From the NCBI GenBank assembly GCA_013306035.1, contig JABUBF010000001.1, positions 14,998 to 46,997 on the forward strand: a stretch of DNA of 32,000 nt, in the 5' to 3' direction. This DNA comes from Nitrososphaerota archaeon. GTDB taxonomy: Archaea; Thermoproteota; Nitrososphaeria; Nitrososphaerales; UBA57. Made by a program: the position numbers and the translations under genes. The notes beneath the pieces are model-generated. The model ran no database searches and had not been told where the DNA came from. It saw only the letters and a program-made list of their open reading frames with translations. The first letter of the stretch is position 1. Each line of letters starts with the position of its first letter. Below, piece after piece: positions 1-9,305 of the stretch.

Positions 1-90
1 GTTTACATTCCAGGTTGTCCTCCTAGACCAGAAACACTTATTCAAGGAATCATTGAACTACAAAACAAAATAAGGAAATCCAAGGTGTAA
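1..90 (+). CDS. nuoB: NADH:quinone oxidoreductase subunit B (NuoB), C-terminal fragment; 5' end lies outside the window
   Basis: Frame 1 reads VYIPGCPPRPETLIQGIIELQNKIRKSKV*. The GCPPRPE motif is the conserved C-terminal Cys-containing motif of NuoB/PSST. nuoC starts 12 nt downstream. Confidence 0.85.
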   Translation, partial: VYIPGCPPRPETLIQGIIELQNKIRKSKV

Positions 91-102
91 TATACATACT
101 CA

Positions 103-582
103 ATGTCTGCTAAATTCGCTACTGAAAATCAGCTTGCAAAAAGCTTAAAAGATCAATTTAAAAATAAAATTAAAGAAGAATACGTTGAATCTAACAGAAT
201 AAAAATTTCTACTAGTCCAGAGAATCTAAAAAACCTAGCAATTGCAGTCAAGGAATTAGGTTTCGAACAAGTAATGTCTCAAGGTGGAACTGACTATCCA
301 GAAAACAACGTCTATCGTATAGAATATCACATTATCTGCGTATCCAAAAAAAAACTTCGGAGTATTATTTTCTCTATAATGACTGAGATTCCAAAGGATA
401 AACCTGAAATCGAAACTTTAATTGATGTATTCCCTAGTGCAGAATTTCATGAACAAGAAACTTTCGAAAATTTCGGAATAACATTTATTGGCCATCCTAG
501 AATGGAGAGATTACTTCTTCCGGAAGATTGGAATGATATACCTCCATTAAGGAAAGACTATATTCTACCTGGAAGAGGATGA
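103..582 (+). CDS. nuoC: NADH:quinone oxidoreductase subunit C (30 kDa subunit)
   Basis: 159 aa. C-terminal EFHEQETFENFGITFIGHP...LLLPEDW matches the NuoC signature (ERE..D..G..F.GHP). Lies between nuoB and nuoD. Confidence 0.88.
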   Translation: MSAKFATENQLAKSLKDQFKNKIKEEYVESNRIKISTSPENLKNLAIAVKELGFEQVMSQGGTDYPENNVYRIEYHIICVSKKKLRSIIFSIMTEIPKDKPEIETLIDVFPSAEFHEQETFENFGITFIGHPRMERLLLPEDWNDIPPLRKDYILPGRG

Positions 583-583
583 T

Positions 584-1705
584 ATGCAAAACGCAGGAAT
601 GAATATTGAAGATAAAGGCGGAGATAAATTAGTTCTCCATGTTGGACCGCAACATCCAGGTTCTGGACACTTTCGTCTAATTATTACTGTTGATGGAGAT
701 TACATAGTAGGAGCTAAACCAGATCCAGGGTATGTGCATAGGGGAGCAGAAAAAATGGCAGAATATCGAGATTACATTCAAAATATTCCACATCTTGAAC
801 GACCCGTTATAATAGATGCAACAGGAGTAACTCTCCCATACGTTCTTGCTGCTGAAAAAATCATCGACGTAGAAGCTCCTGAACGTGCTCAGTATATTCG
901 CATGATAATGGCTGAATTAAACCGTGTTATCTCTCATCTGTATTGGCTTGGAATATATGGCATATTCCTTGGACACTCTACTATGTTTATGTGGCCTATG
1001 GGAGACAGGGAACTGTTTATTGACCTTGCAGAATCTATTGGCGGAACCCGTGTAACTTTCTCATATGTTGTTCCTGGCGGAGTAAGAAACGACATGCCTA
1101 CTCATTTTAAAGAAAGAGCATTAAAGACATTTGATTATTTCGAAAAACGTATCGAAGAATACAAAAAAATATTCTTCAATAATCCCATCATGACAGCAAG
1201 AACTGAATCTATTGGAATAATGAGTCAAGCAGATGCAATTAAACTCGGCATAACCGGTTCAAATCTTCGTGCTGCCGGAATAGATTCCGATACTCGCAAG
1301 GATGAACCATATTGTCTATATGATAGAGTTGATTTTGAAATACCAACACGTAAAGAAGGAGATTCATATGCAAGATGTATTGTCCGATTAGAAGAACTCC
1401 AACAAAGTATGAACATTATAAAACAAGTCCTTGATCTTATCGAACCCGGTCCAATCAAACAAGTCATTGGCGGAGTTATGCGTGGTGAACCAGGTGAGGC
1501 ATTTGTCCGTACAGAAGCTGCAAGAGGAACAATGTTTTATCATATTGTTAGTAATGGAGAAAAATACCCATACAGAGTAAAAATCAGCGTCCCTTCATTT
1601 CGAAATCTGATTGGTATGACTCATTTATTGGTTGGCTCAAAATTGGCAGACATGCCTGCTATTTATTGGAGTCTTGATTACTGGCCAGTAGAAGCAGATA
1701 GGTGA
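584..1705 (+). CDS. nuoD: NADH:quinone oxidoreductase subunit D (49 kDa subunit)
   Basis: 373 aa. N-terminal LHVGPQHPGSGHFRL and C-terminal ...SLDYWPVEADR are typical NuoD/NiFe-hydrogenase large-subunit-like ends. The start lies 1 nt after the nuoC stop. Confidence 0.92.
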   Translation: MQNAGMNIEDKGGDKLVLHVGPQHPGSGHFRLIITVDGDYIVGAKPDPGYVHRGAEKMAEYRDYIQNIPHLERPVIIDATGVTLPYVLAAEKIIDVEAPERAQYIRMIMAELNRVISHLYWLGIYGIFLGHSTMFMWPMGDRELFIDLAESIGGTRVTFSYVVPGGVRNDMPTHFKERALKTFDYFEKRIEEYKKIFFNNPIMTARTESIGIMSQADAIKLGITGSNLRAAGIDSDTRKDEPYCLYDRVDFEIPTRKEGDSYARCIVRLEELQQSMNIIKQVLDLIEPGPIKQVIGGVMRGEPGEAFVRTEAARGTMFYHIVSNGEKYPYRVKISVPSFRNLIGMTHLLVGSKLADMPAIYWSLDYWPVEADR

Positions 1706-1710
1706 AATAG

Positions 1711-2871
1711 TTGGAGACATTTGAAGAGTTTGTTAAACGAATACTTACAATATTATTCTGGCTCATCATTGTCTTACCTATCATAATCTTTCCTATATTA
1801 TTCCTTGTTGTTGGCTTATTAGGTATTGATGTAATTATAGTCAATGAAATCCTGACTGCTGCAATAGATCCTCTAAAAGCTATCAAACTAGCTGAAAGAT
1901 ATGGATTAGGATTTTCTTCTACATTCTTTAAAATAGCTGTTTTTCCTGGATTTACATTTGCGGCTCTTATTGCAACATTTACAATTCTTTACGAGCGTAA
2001 ATTACTGGCTAAAGTACAACTTCGTGTTGGCCCATTGTACGCTGGACGATTTGAAGGAATTTTGCAACCTATCGCCGACTTGTTCAAATTACTTGGCAAA
2101 GAACTAGTTGTTCCTGAAAAAGCAGATAAAATGTTTTTCTGGGCTGCTCCAATTCTTAGTATAGGACTTGCAGCATCACTACTTTCAGTAATTCCTTTAT
2201 CCCCAACAATCTACATTGCACGTTCTGAGTTTAGTTTACTGATCCCTTTTGCTATTCTCGGATTCAGTCCTCTGGTTGTTCTGATTGCGGCATGGGCTAG
2301 CAGTAATAAGTTTGCATTTATTGGCGGGTTAAGAGCACTGCATCAACTTGCAGCTTATGAAATTCCTATGCTTCTCTCAATCTTAGGAATTGTAATTCTT
2401 ACTGGCTCTTTCGATTTAATGAAAATTGTAGAGGCACAAAAAGATATATGGTTTATATTTCCACAATTTCTTGCAGCTATTATATTTTATATTACCATTC
2501 TCTCTGAATTAGAAAGAATTCCTTTTGACTTGCCCGAAGCTGAGACTGAAATAGTTTCTGGATGGTTGACTGAATACACTGGAATGCACTTTGGCTTATT
2601 GCAACTTGGCGTATACATGAAGTTCTATGCGCTTGCCTTACTCTTTACACTACTATTCTTAGGAGGATGGAATGGCCCTGCTTTTCTCCCTCCAATAGTC
2701 TGGTTACTAGGCAAATTGTTTTTCGTAATTACTATAATAATATTTCCGCGCGCGGTTCTTCCTCGTTTACGTATGGATCAATTAATTCGAATTGGATGGG
2801 CTTGGCTAATCGCATTATCATTTATTAATATCTTTATTGCAGTAATTGAATCATCACTTGGTATAATCTAA
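1711..2871 (+). CDS. nuoH: NADH:quinone oxidoreductase subunit H (ND1-like), with about 50 extra N-terminal residues
   Basis: 386 aa polytopic membrane protein containing YERKLLAKVQLRVGP and the EAETEIVSGW..EY loop typical of NuoH. TTG start 5 nt after the nuoD stop, with no in-frame ATG further in. Confidence 0.88.
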   Translation: METFEEFVKRILTILFWLIIVLPIIIFPILFLVVGLLGIDVIIVNEILTAAIDPLKAIKLAERYGLGFSSTFFKIAVFPGFTFAALIATFTILYERKLLAKVQLRVGPLYAGRFEGILQPIADLFKLLGKELVVPEKADKMFFWAAPILSIGLAASLLSVIPLSPTIYIARSEFSLLIPFAILGFSPLVVLIAAWASSNKFAFIGGLRALHQLAAYEIPMLLSILGIVILTGSFDLMKIVEAQKDIWFIFPQFLAAIIFYITILSELERIPFDLPEAETEIVSGWLTEYTGMHFGLLQLGVYMKFYALALLFTLLFLGGWNGPAFLPPIVWLLGKLFFVITIIIFPRAVLPRLRMDQLIRIGWAWLIALSFINIFIAVIESSLGII

Positions 2872-3371
2872 TGAACTACAAACTTATTTCCGGAATCTTA
2901 GGGGCATTCGCTGTAGGATTTAGAAACATATTCAAACGACGTATGACTCTGAGATATCCTGAACAGCGCTTAGATATCGAATCAGGTTATACATTTGATG
3001 CAAAATCTAATACTGGCAGCGCTGGATTCAAAGGAAGACACATCCTATATACTGACAAATGTACTGGCTGTTCTCTTTGCGCCATCGCTTGTGAAAATAT
3101 CGCTGATTGTATTGATATGGTACAAGTTGAGGGTAATTGGCCTATAAATCCCAAAGATATTATGCCACAAATAGACTATGGCAGATGCGTTTTCTGTGGA
3201 TTCTGTGTTGACGCATGTCCTTTTGATTGCTTGTTTATGACTCCTGAATATGAACTATCTGTGACAGATAAAAGAAAATTAGTTCATACTCCATTCCAAC
3301 TCGCTGTATTTCCTGAAAAGAAAGGAAATGTAAAATTAATTACTGACGATGGAGTAGCTTATCATGACTGA
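2871..3371 (+). CDS. nuoI: NADH:quinone oxidoreductase subunit I (2x[4Fe-4S] ferredoxin-like)
   Basis: 166 aa with two CxxCxxCxxxC(P) motifs (CTGCSLCAIAC and CVFCGFCVDACP). TAATG overlap with nuoH. Confidence 0.92.
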   Translation: MNYKLISGILGAFAVGFRNIFKRRMTLRYPEQRLDIESGYTFDAKSNTGSAGFKGRHILYTDKCTGCSLCAIACENIADCIDMVQVEGNWPINPKDIMPQIDYGRCVFCGFCVDACPFDCLFMTPEYELSVTDKRKLVHTPFQLAVFPEKKGNVKLITDDGVAYHD

Positions 3372-3855
3372 TGTTGTTTTTCTTGTTGTATCATTGCTTA
3401 CTGTTTTCTTCGCTATCTTAGCTCTTGAATCTCGTGAATTAGTTTATGGTGCCGTAGCTTTATCACTTTCTTTTTTAGGTGTAGCAGGACTCTTCATTCT
3501 TCTTGATTCTCTTTACATTGCTATATTCCAAGTTCTAGTTTATATCGGTTCAATTGCAATTCTAATAGTTTTCGTTATCATGCTTGTCCGCAGAGACAAA
3601 TGGGCAAATGTAACCAGCGGCAACGAAAGAATTCTTGGCATCATTGCAGCAGTTTTATTATTCTCTACAATGACTTATTTCTCTCTCTCATCTAGCTTAA
3701 CTAGTCAATATCCTAATCCAGCGGCAATCTCTGACTTTTATGAAATTGGTTCACAATTAATCAACGACTATTGGCTAATCCTCCAGTTGACTGGCTTAGC
3801 TCTAGCTGTTTCTATTGTCGGCGCACTTACCATGGCAAAATTTGAAAATCGGTGA
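3364..3855 (+). CDS. nuoJ: NADH:quinone oxidoreductase subunit J
   Basis: 163 aa hydrophobic protein in the J position of the operon. 8-nt overlap with nuoI. Confidence 0.8.
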   Translation: MTDVVFLVVSLLTVFFAILALESRELVYGAVALSLSFLGVAGLFILLDSLYIAIFQVLVYIGSIAILIVFVIMLVRRDKWANVTSGNERILGIIAAVLLFSTMTYFSLSSSLTSQYPNPAAISDFYEIGSQLINDYWLILQLTGLALAVSIVGALTMAKFENR

Positions 3856-4169
3856 ACCTGTTGGTACCTCTTATCCATTACTTTATTTTATCATCAGCAT
3901 TATTGTGTGTAGGTATCTATGGTTTAATTGCAAAACGAAATGCAATACGTTTACTATTCTCAGTTGAAATTATTATTAATGCAGCTATTATCAACTTTGT
4001 AGCTTTTGCTCGATATCATGACACCCCATTGATCACTGGCCAAACCTTCTCATTGTTTGCTATTGCATTGGCTGCCACTGAAGCAGCAGTTGGCCTAGCT
4101 ATTATTGTTCAGGCTTTTAGGCTCAATAACGACATTGATGTCCTAGAATTGAAGAAATTACGAGGTTGA
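3852..4169 (+). CDS. nuoK: NADH:quinone oxidoreductase subunit K
   Basis: 105 aa, three predicted TM helices with a conserved intramembrane Glu (VEIIINA). GTGA overlap with nuoJ. Confidence 0.82.
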   Translation: MNLLVPLIHYFILSSALLCVGIYGLIAKRNAIRLLFSVEIIINAAIINFVAFARYHDTPLITGQTFSLFAIALAATEAAVGLAIIVQAFRLNNDIDVLELKKLRG

Positions 4170-4177
4170 TCTAAGTT

Positions 4178-5707
4178 TTGTTATTACTCCAAGCTGTTTT
4201 CTTACCAATAATTCTTGCTCCAGTAGTTTATCTGGTTGGTTTGCGTATGGGCAAAAATGTCGGATGGCTTGCATTCCTGATTATGCTTTATAGTACTGGT
4301 CTAGTGCTATATTCTGGAATGTCCAATAATGGCTCATTATTCACTAATACAAGACTGGAAACCTATTCTTGGAATCCTATTGGGAATTTTGGACTTTATC
4401 TTGACGGCCTAAGCTTTCCATTTGCTGCAATCATACTTATTCTGTCAACCACTTTGGCAGTCTACTCTATGCCCTATATGGAACATAGAATAAAAGAAGA
4501 ATTTCATGAAAATAAAAAGAAATTCTCTGCAGATGCCTTAAACCGAAAGATGGCTTTATACTATAGTCTCTATGTCGTCTATGTTGCCGGTATGTTGGGT
4601 ACGGTACTTGCAACTAATTTAATTCAATTCTATATCTTCTTCGAACTAATGTTAATTCCATCATTCTTTTTAATCTCTGAATTCGGTTACGGTGAAAGAG
4701 CAAAAATCTCTATGATGTATTTCTTATGGACACATGTCGGTGCAGTTTCTTTACTTGCTGGAATATTAACTGTAGGATATTATGGCGGCAGCTTCAACTT
4801 TGTCGAAATAGCTGAGAGCGGATTACCTAGTTCGATTAGAGTATGGGTTGCAATTGCCATTAGTTTCGGATTACTTATGAAACTAGCAGCTGTAGGTCTT
4901 CATGTTTGGTTGCCATATGCACATGCTGAATCCCCGACTCCAATTAGTGCATTACTTTCTCCTGCCATGATTGGTATTGGCGCTTATGCCTTTCTTAGAA
5001 TATTTGTATTTATTCTTCCATCAATCTATCAAAGTATTGTTGTAGTTATTACTCTCTGGGGATTACTAACTATGATTTACGGCGGACTTATGGCTTATGC
5101 GCAAGACGATATCAAACGACTACTTGCTTATTCAAGTGTCAGTCAAATGGGTTATATCATCTTTGGTATGGGATCTCTTTACTATCTTGGTGTAACTGGA
5201 TCAGTTTTCCATTATGTAAGTCATGGTACTGGAAAAGCTCTGCTGTTTATGGCAGCAGGTTCTATAATTATGCAAACAGGAGGTGTCAGAAGTATCCGAA
5301 AATTAGGAGGCCTTGGCAGTAAACTTCCTATAACAGGTATTGCTGCAATGATTGGTTTTCTCGCTATCGTTGGAGTTCCACCTACCAATGGTTTTCAATC
5401 TGAATGGATGATATTTGCTGGTGCATTTGGCGGTGCTTTGGAAAGTGGTTCTACATCTAAGTTAATTATTGCTGCTCTGGCATTGGCTGTAACTCCTATC
5501 ACTGCAGGCTATGCTTTACTTACTATGCGTAAAGTCTTCTTTGGAAAACTTCCAAAAGAGTTTGAAAATATAAAAGATCCTTCTTTGTTAATGACCATTC
5601 CGTTACTATTTCTTTGTGCTTTAACTATTCTACTTGGTGTATTCCCTTCAGTTATTACTGATGGTCTTATTCCATTGCTTCAATCTGCTTTCGGTGGAAT
5701 GAAATAG
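4178..5707 (+). CDS. nuoM: Antiporter-like complex I subunit, divergent NuoM/MrpD-like (extra copy)
   Basis: 509 aa polytopic protein with HVWLPYAHAESPTPISALLS (the proton-pump motif WLP.AH.E.PT). TTG start. Confidence 0.8.
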   Translation: MLLLQAVFLPIILAPVVYLVGLRMGKNVGWLAFLIMLYSTGLVLYSGMSNNGSLFTNTRLETYSWNPIGNFGLYLDGLSFPFAAIILILSTTLAVYSMPYMEHRIKEEFHENKKKFSADALNRKMALYYSLYVVYVAGMLGTVLATNLIQFYIFFELMLIPSFFLISEFGYGERAKISMMYFLWTHVGAVSLLAGILTVGYYGGSFNFVEIAESGLPSSIRVWVAIAISFGLLMKLAAVGLHVWLPYAHAESPTPISALLSPAMIGIGAYAFLRIFVFILPSIYQSIVVVITLWGLLTMIYGGLMAYAQDDIKRLLAYSSVSQMGYIIFGMGSLYYLGVTGSVFHYVSHGTGKALLFMAAGSIIMQTGGVRSIRKLGGLGSKLPITGIAAMIGFLAIVGVPPTNGFQSEWMIFAGAFGGALESGSTSKLIIAALALAVTPITAGYALLTMRKVFFGKLPKEFENIKDPSLLMTIPLLFLCALTILLGVFPSVITDGLIPLLQSAFGGMK

Positions 5708-7806
5708 TGTCCACAGAAATTAATTTTCTTATTCCTTGGTTAGTGTTTGCCGTTCCAATTCTTGGAGCATTATTAATGCCGGTAGTTGCCCGTGCTGGTA
5801 ACAAAATCAGAGATTATTATGCGGTATCTCTGACACTAATTTCTGCTATTCTTTGTGCATTGATGTTACCTCTTGCAATTGCAGGAGAAACCTTCCATCA
5901 CCAAGTTATGTGGATTGCTGCATTGGATATTACCGCCGGTGTTCTAGCTGACCCATTAAGCATACTAATGTCAAACCTCGTTGGCTGGTTATCATTCTCA
6001 ATTATGATTTACAGTCTTGGTTACATGAAGGGAGAAGAAAACATGACCAGATATTGGTTCCTGATGGTATTCTTTATCGGAAGCATGCAACTCATTATTT
6101 TCTCCGATAATTTCCTTCAATTATTCTTTGGATGGGAAGGAGTCGGTTTATGTTCTTATGCCCTGATCAGTTTCTGGAATAAAGACCTCAAGAAAGATTA
6201 TGTCGGAACTGTCGGAAAGAAAGCCTGGGGAATACCTCTTGCATTTTCGCCTACGCACGCAGGTAGCAAAGCTTTTCTTATGACAAGAGTTGGTGATGTG
6301 TCATTTCTTATTGGCATTCTTATTCTGTTCTTCTTCTCTGGAACTTTTGATTTTGTTAAATTATCTGAAAATCATAGTTGGGCTGTAGATCTTGCACAAT
6401 CAGGATTATTGATTCCTGTTGCTGTATTCATCTTCGGCGGAGCTATAGGTAAGTCTGCACAGTTTCCATTGCAAGAGTGGTTACCTGATGCTATGGCAGG
6501 TCCAACTTCTGTATCTGCTTTAATTCACGCAGCAACAATGGTCAAAGCTGGCGTTTTTCTAATTGCACGTATTGGCCCTATTTTTATTACTGCTGTAGAA
6601 AATGTTGCTACCATAATGCCATTCTTTGAATTTGTTGCTTGGATTGGAGCAATTACTGCATTCTTGGCGGCATCTCAAGCTATGGTGTCTAAGGAACTAA
6701 AGAAAGTTCTTGCATATTCTACTATTTCTCAGATTGGATATATGATGCTGGCCTTTGGAGTTGCAGGGATGACTTCTAATTTTATTGCAGGTTATGTTGC
6801 AGGATTCTTCCATCTCGCTAGTCATGCAGTATTCAAGGCTGGATTATTCATGGCAGCTGGCGCAATAATCCACGCAACTCATACTAAGTATATGACTGAC
6901 ATGGGAGGTCTGCGTACTAAAATGCCTATAACTTTTGTTGCGATGACGATAGCTGCTGGTTCATTAGCTGGTATTCCTCTTCTTAGCGGTTTCTGGAGCA
7001 AAGATGCAATATTAGCTTCTATTCTTGATGTAGAAAGTTCTATGTCTCTCATCTCTCTTTACGCTATAGCAAGCATCACTGCGGTCATGACTGCGTTTTA
7101 TAGCTTTAGAATGATTGGCATGGTCTTCTTTGGAAAACCAAGTAAATATATTAAAAAACTGGAATCTAGTGGTAAACATATTCGTGAAGCTCCTGTCTTA
7201 ATGTATGCTCCTTATGTAGTTCTTGCAATAATTACTGTTGCCATTGGTCTAACTGGACCTACTGTTGAAGGATTCCTTGAAAATTCCTTGGCGCATCATC
7301 TTGAATACGCAGTTCATATGGAAATTCCCGAACATGTATTTTCTCTCAACCGTATTGCTGTATCGACTTCTATTATTGCTGTGTTGATTGGAGGTGGATT
7401 CAGTTATTTGTTCTACATCGGTAACCGAATGTCTCCTGACCAAGTAATTACTAGAATTCCAATTTTATCTAAGTTGCAAAGCTTTTTTGAAAATCGCTGG
7501 TACATTAATTCACTTTATTACATCGTTTTCATTAATGGCTCCTTAAGATTGTCAAAATTCATAGATAAATATATAGAAACCGGAATTCTGTCCAAACTTA
7601 ATACTGTCGTGCCTGATTATTCAATCTCCTCTTCACAAACTGGAGGTAAATTTGACAAATATGTAGTTGATGGCACCGCTACGCGTATTGCTAATCTTAA
7701 TCTCTTTCTTTCCCGTAATATCAGAAAACTTCAAACAGGTATTGCCGAACAATATGTCTTCGTCTTTACAATGGGAATTATCGCATTGATAATATTGCTT
7801 GGGTGA
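5707..7806 (+). CDS. nuoL: NADH:quinone oxidoreductase subunit L (long form, 699 aa)
   Basis: Contains QEWLPDAMAGPTSVSALIHAATMVKAGVFL, the diagnostic NuoL/ND5 motif. The long C-terminal region is consistent with a lateral helix plus anchor TM. GTG start overlaps the upstream stop by 1 nt. Confidence 0.9.
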   Translation: MSTEINFLIPWLVFAVPILGALLMPVVARAGNKIRDYYAVSLTLISAILCALMLPLAIAGETFHHQVMWIAALDITAGVLADPLSILMSNLVGWLSFSIMIYSLGYMKGEENMTRYWFLMVFFIGSMQLIIFSDNFLQLFFGWEGVGLCSYALISFWNKDLKKDYVGTVGKKAWGIPLAFSPTHAGSKAFLMTRVGDVSFLIGILILFFFSGTFDFVKLSENHSWAVDLAQSGLLIPVAVFIFGGAIGKSAQFPLQEWLPDAMAGPTSVSALIHAATMVKAGVFLIARIGPIFITAVENVATIMPFFEFVAWIGAITAFLAASQAMVSKELKKVLAYSTISQIGYMMLAFGVAGMTSNFIAGYVAGFFHLASHAVFKAGLFMAAGAIIHATHTKYMTDMGGLRTKMPITFVAMTIAAGSLAGIPLLSGFWSKDAILASILDVESSMSLISLYAIASITAVMTAFYSFRMIGMVFFGKPSKYIKKLESSGKHIREAPVLMYAPYVVLAIITVAIGLTGPTVEGFLENSLAHHLEYAVHMEIPEHVFSLNRIAVSTSIIAVLIGGGFSYLFYIGNRMSPDQVITRIPILSKLQSFFENRWYINSLYYIVFINGSLRLSKFIDKYIETGILSKLNTVVPDYSISSSQTGGKFDKYVVDGTATRIANLNLFLSRNIRKLQTGIAEQYVFVFTMGIIALIILLG

Positions 7807-9305
7807 TTATGTTGGTAGATGTTAGTTTTCCACTTATTTCCATTTTAATTGCATTGCCTATTTTAGCTGGTCTAGCAATTCCACTATTGTTTAAGAATTC
7901 TCAGAAATATATTATTCATTATGCTATTCTTATTGCATTAATTGAATTATTCATCACTTTCTATTCATACGGTCTAATTCTCTCAAACGGCAGTGGAGGA
8001 GAATATAATTTTGTCGAGGGCCCTGTTAAAATCTTAGGTAATTTCGGTATAGATTATCTCGCTGGTATGGATGGACTTAGTGGACCTCTTGTTTTAATTA
8101 CTTCAATTTTAACTCTGTTAGTTATATTCGGTTCACGTGACTTGATTGAAGATCGCAAAGTCCTTTATTTTTCTATGATATTCCTCTTTCAAGGATCAAT
8201 AATGGGTGTTTTCACTCAATTGAATATGATATTATTCTATGTTTTCTGGGACCTTGTTCTCATTCCGATGTTTCTATTTATCGGAATATGGGGAGGTCCA
8301 CGCAAACGTTATGCTGCTATGAAATTCTTCTTGTTTACATTTGTAGGCAGTGTTTTCATGCTTCTTGCGTTTATTCTTATTTACTTTAGTGTTTCACCGC
8401 ATTCATTTAATATTCCCGAAATAGCTGGAAAAATTCCATTAAGCTTGCAAATTATTTCTTCAGTACTTTTCTTTATTGGATTTGGTGTTAAACTTCCTGT
8501 AGTTCCATTTCACAGTTGGCTTCCCGACGCGCATGTAGAAGCTCCTGCACCAATCAGTGTATTTCTTGCAGGTCTGTTATTGAAAATGGGAGGATATGGA
8601 TTTCTACGTTTTAACATAGGTTTACTTCCCGAAGCATCGGCTCAATATGCTTGGATCTTTATACTTGTTGGTATAATCACTATGTTCTATGGTGCAATAG
8701 TTGCGATTGTTCAAACTGACATCAAAAAAATGATTGCATTGACTAGTGTTAGTCACATGGGATTTGTGTTGGTAGGTGCATTCACTGGGACTATTTTCGG
8801 AATTTCTGGTTCAGTATTCCAGATGTTTACTCATGCTGCAGCAGTCGGACTCATGTTCATGTTATCTGGATATCTACACAAAGCTACTGGAACAAGAAAT
8901 ATCACAGTTATTAAAGGACTAAAATTCTCGAGTCCTAGATTAGCTACCTTGTTAATATTGGGTTCTATGGCTGCTATGTGTATTCCGATCTTTAGTAGTT
9001 TCATAAGCGAATATATGGTAATTGTTGGCGCAATTCAAATTAATCCAATCTATGCATTAATTGTTGCTGTACCTGCTATTACTGTTGGATATTTCCTATG
9101 GATGTTAAGAAGAGTTGTAATGTCAGATCCAAAGTCAAATGTTAAAAAGTGGGATCTAAGTAATGTCTCTACTATCGCTTTAGTTCTATATCTTGTTCCA
9201 TTGGTTCTTACTCTGATTGCACCATGGTTAATTCTAGACGTCGTCAATCCATTTTCTACTGTTTATGCCGCTAATTTCAGGTTAATGTCTGGAGGTGCAG
9301 CCTAA
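7803..9305 (+). CDS. nuoM: NADH:quinone oxidoreductase subunit M
   Basis: 500 aa with SWLPDAHVEAPAPISVFLAGLLLKMGGYG, a canonical NuoM/ND4 motif. The start is GTG 7803 or ATG 7809. Confidence 0.88.
   Translation: MIMLVDVSFPLISILIALPILAGLAIPLLFKNSQKYIIHYAILIALIELFITFYSYGLILSNGSGGEYNFVEGPVKILGNFGIDYLAGMDGLSGPLVLITSILTLLVIFGSRDLIEDRKVLYFSMIFLFQGSIMGVFTQLNMILFYVFWDLVLIPMFLFIGIWGGPRKRYAAMKFFLFTFVGSVFMLLAFILIYFSVSPHSFNIPEIAGKIPLSLQIISSVLFFIGFGVKLPVVPFHSWLPDAHVEAPAPISVFLAGLLLKMGGYGFLRFNIGLLPEASAQYAWIFILVGIITMFYGAIVAIVQTDIKKMIALTSVSHMGFVLVGAFTGTIFGISGSVFQMFTHAAAVGLMFMLSGYLHKATGTRNITVIKGLKFSSPRLATLLILGSMAAMCIPIFSSFISEYMVIVGAIQINPIYALIVAVPAITVGYFLWMLRRVVMSDPKSNVKKWDLSNVSTIALVLYLVPLVLTLIAPWLILDVVNPFSTVYAANFRLMSGGAA

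Noticed and set aside
1225-1886. Minus-strand ORFs 1225-1467 (80 aa) and 1659-1886 (75 aa) inside nuoD and nuoH
   Set aside because: They lie fully antisense to strongly supported genes, have low-complexity composition and no motifs. They are typical shadow ORFs.
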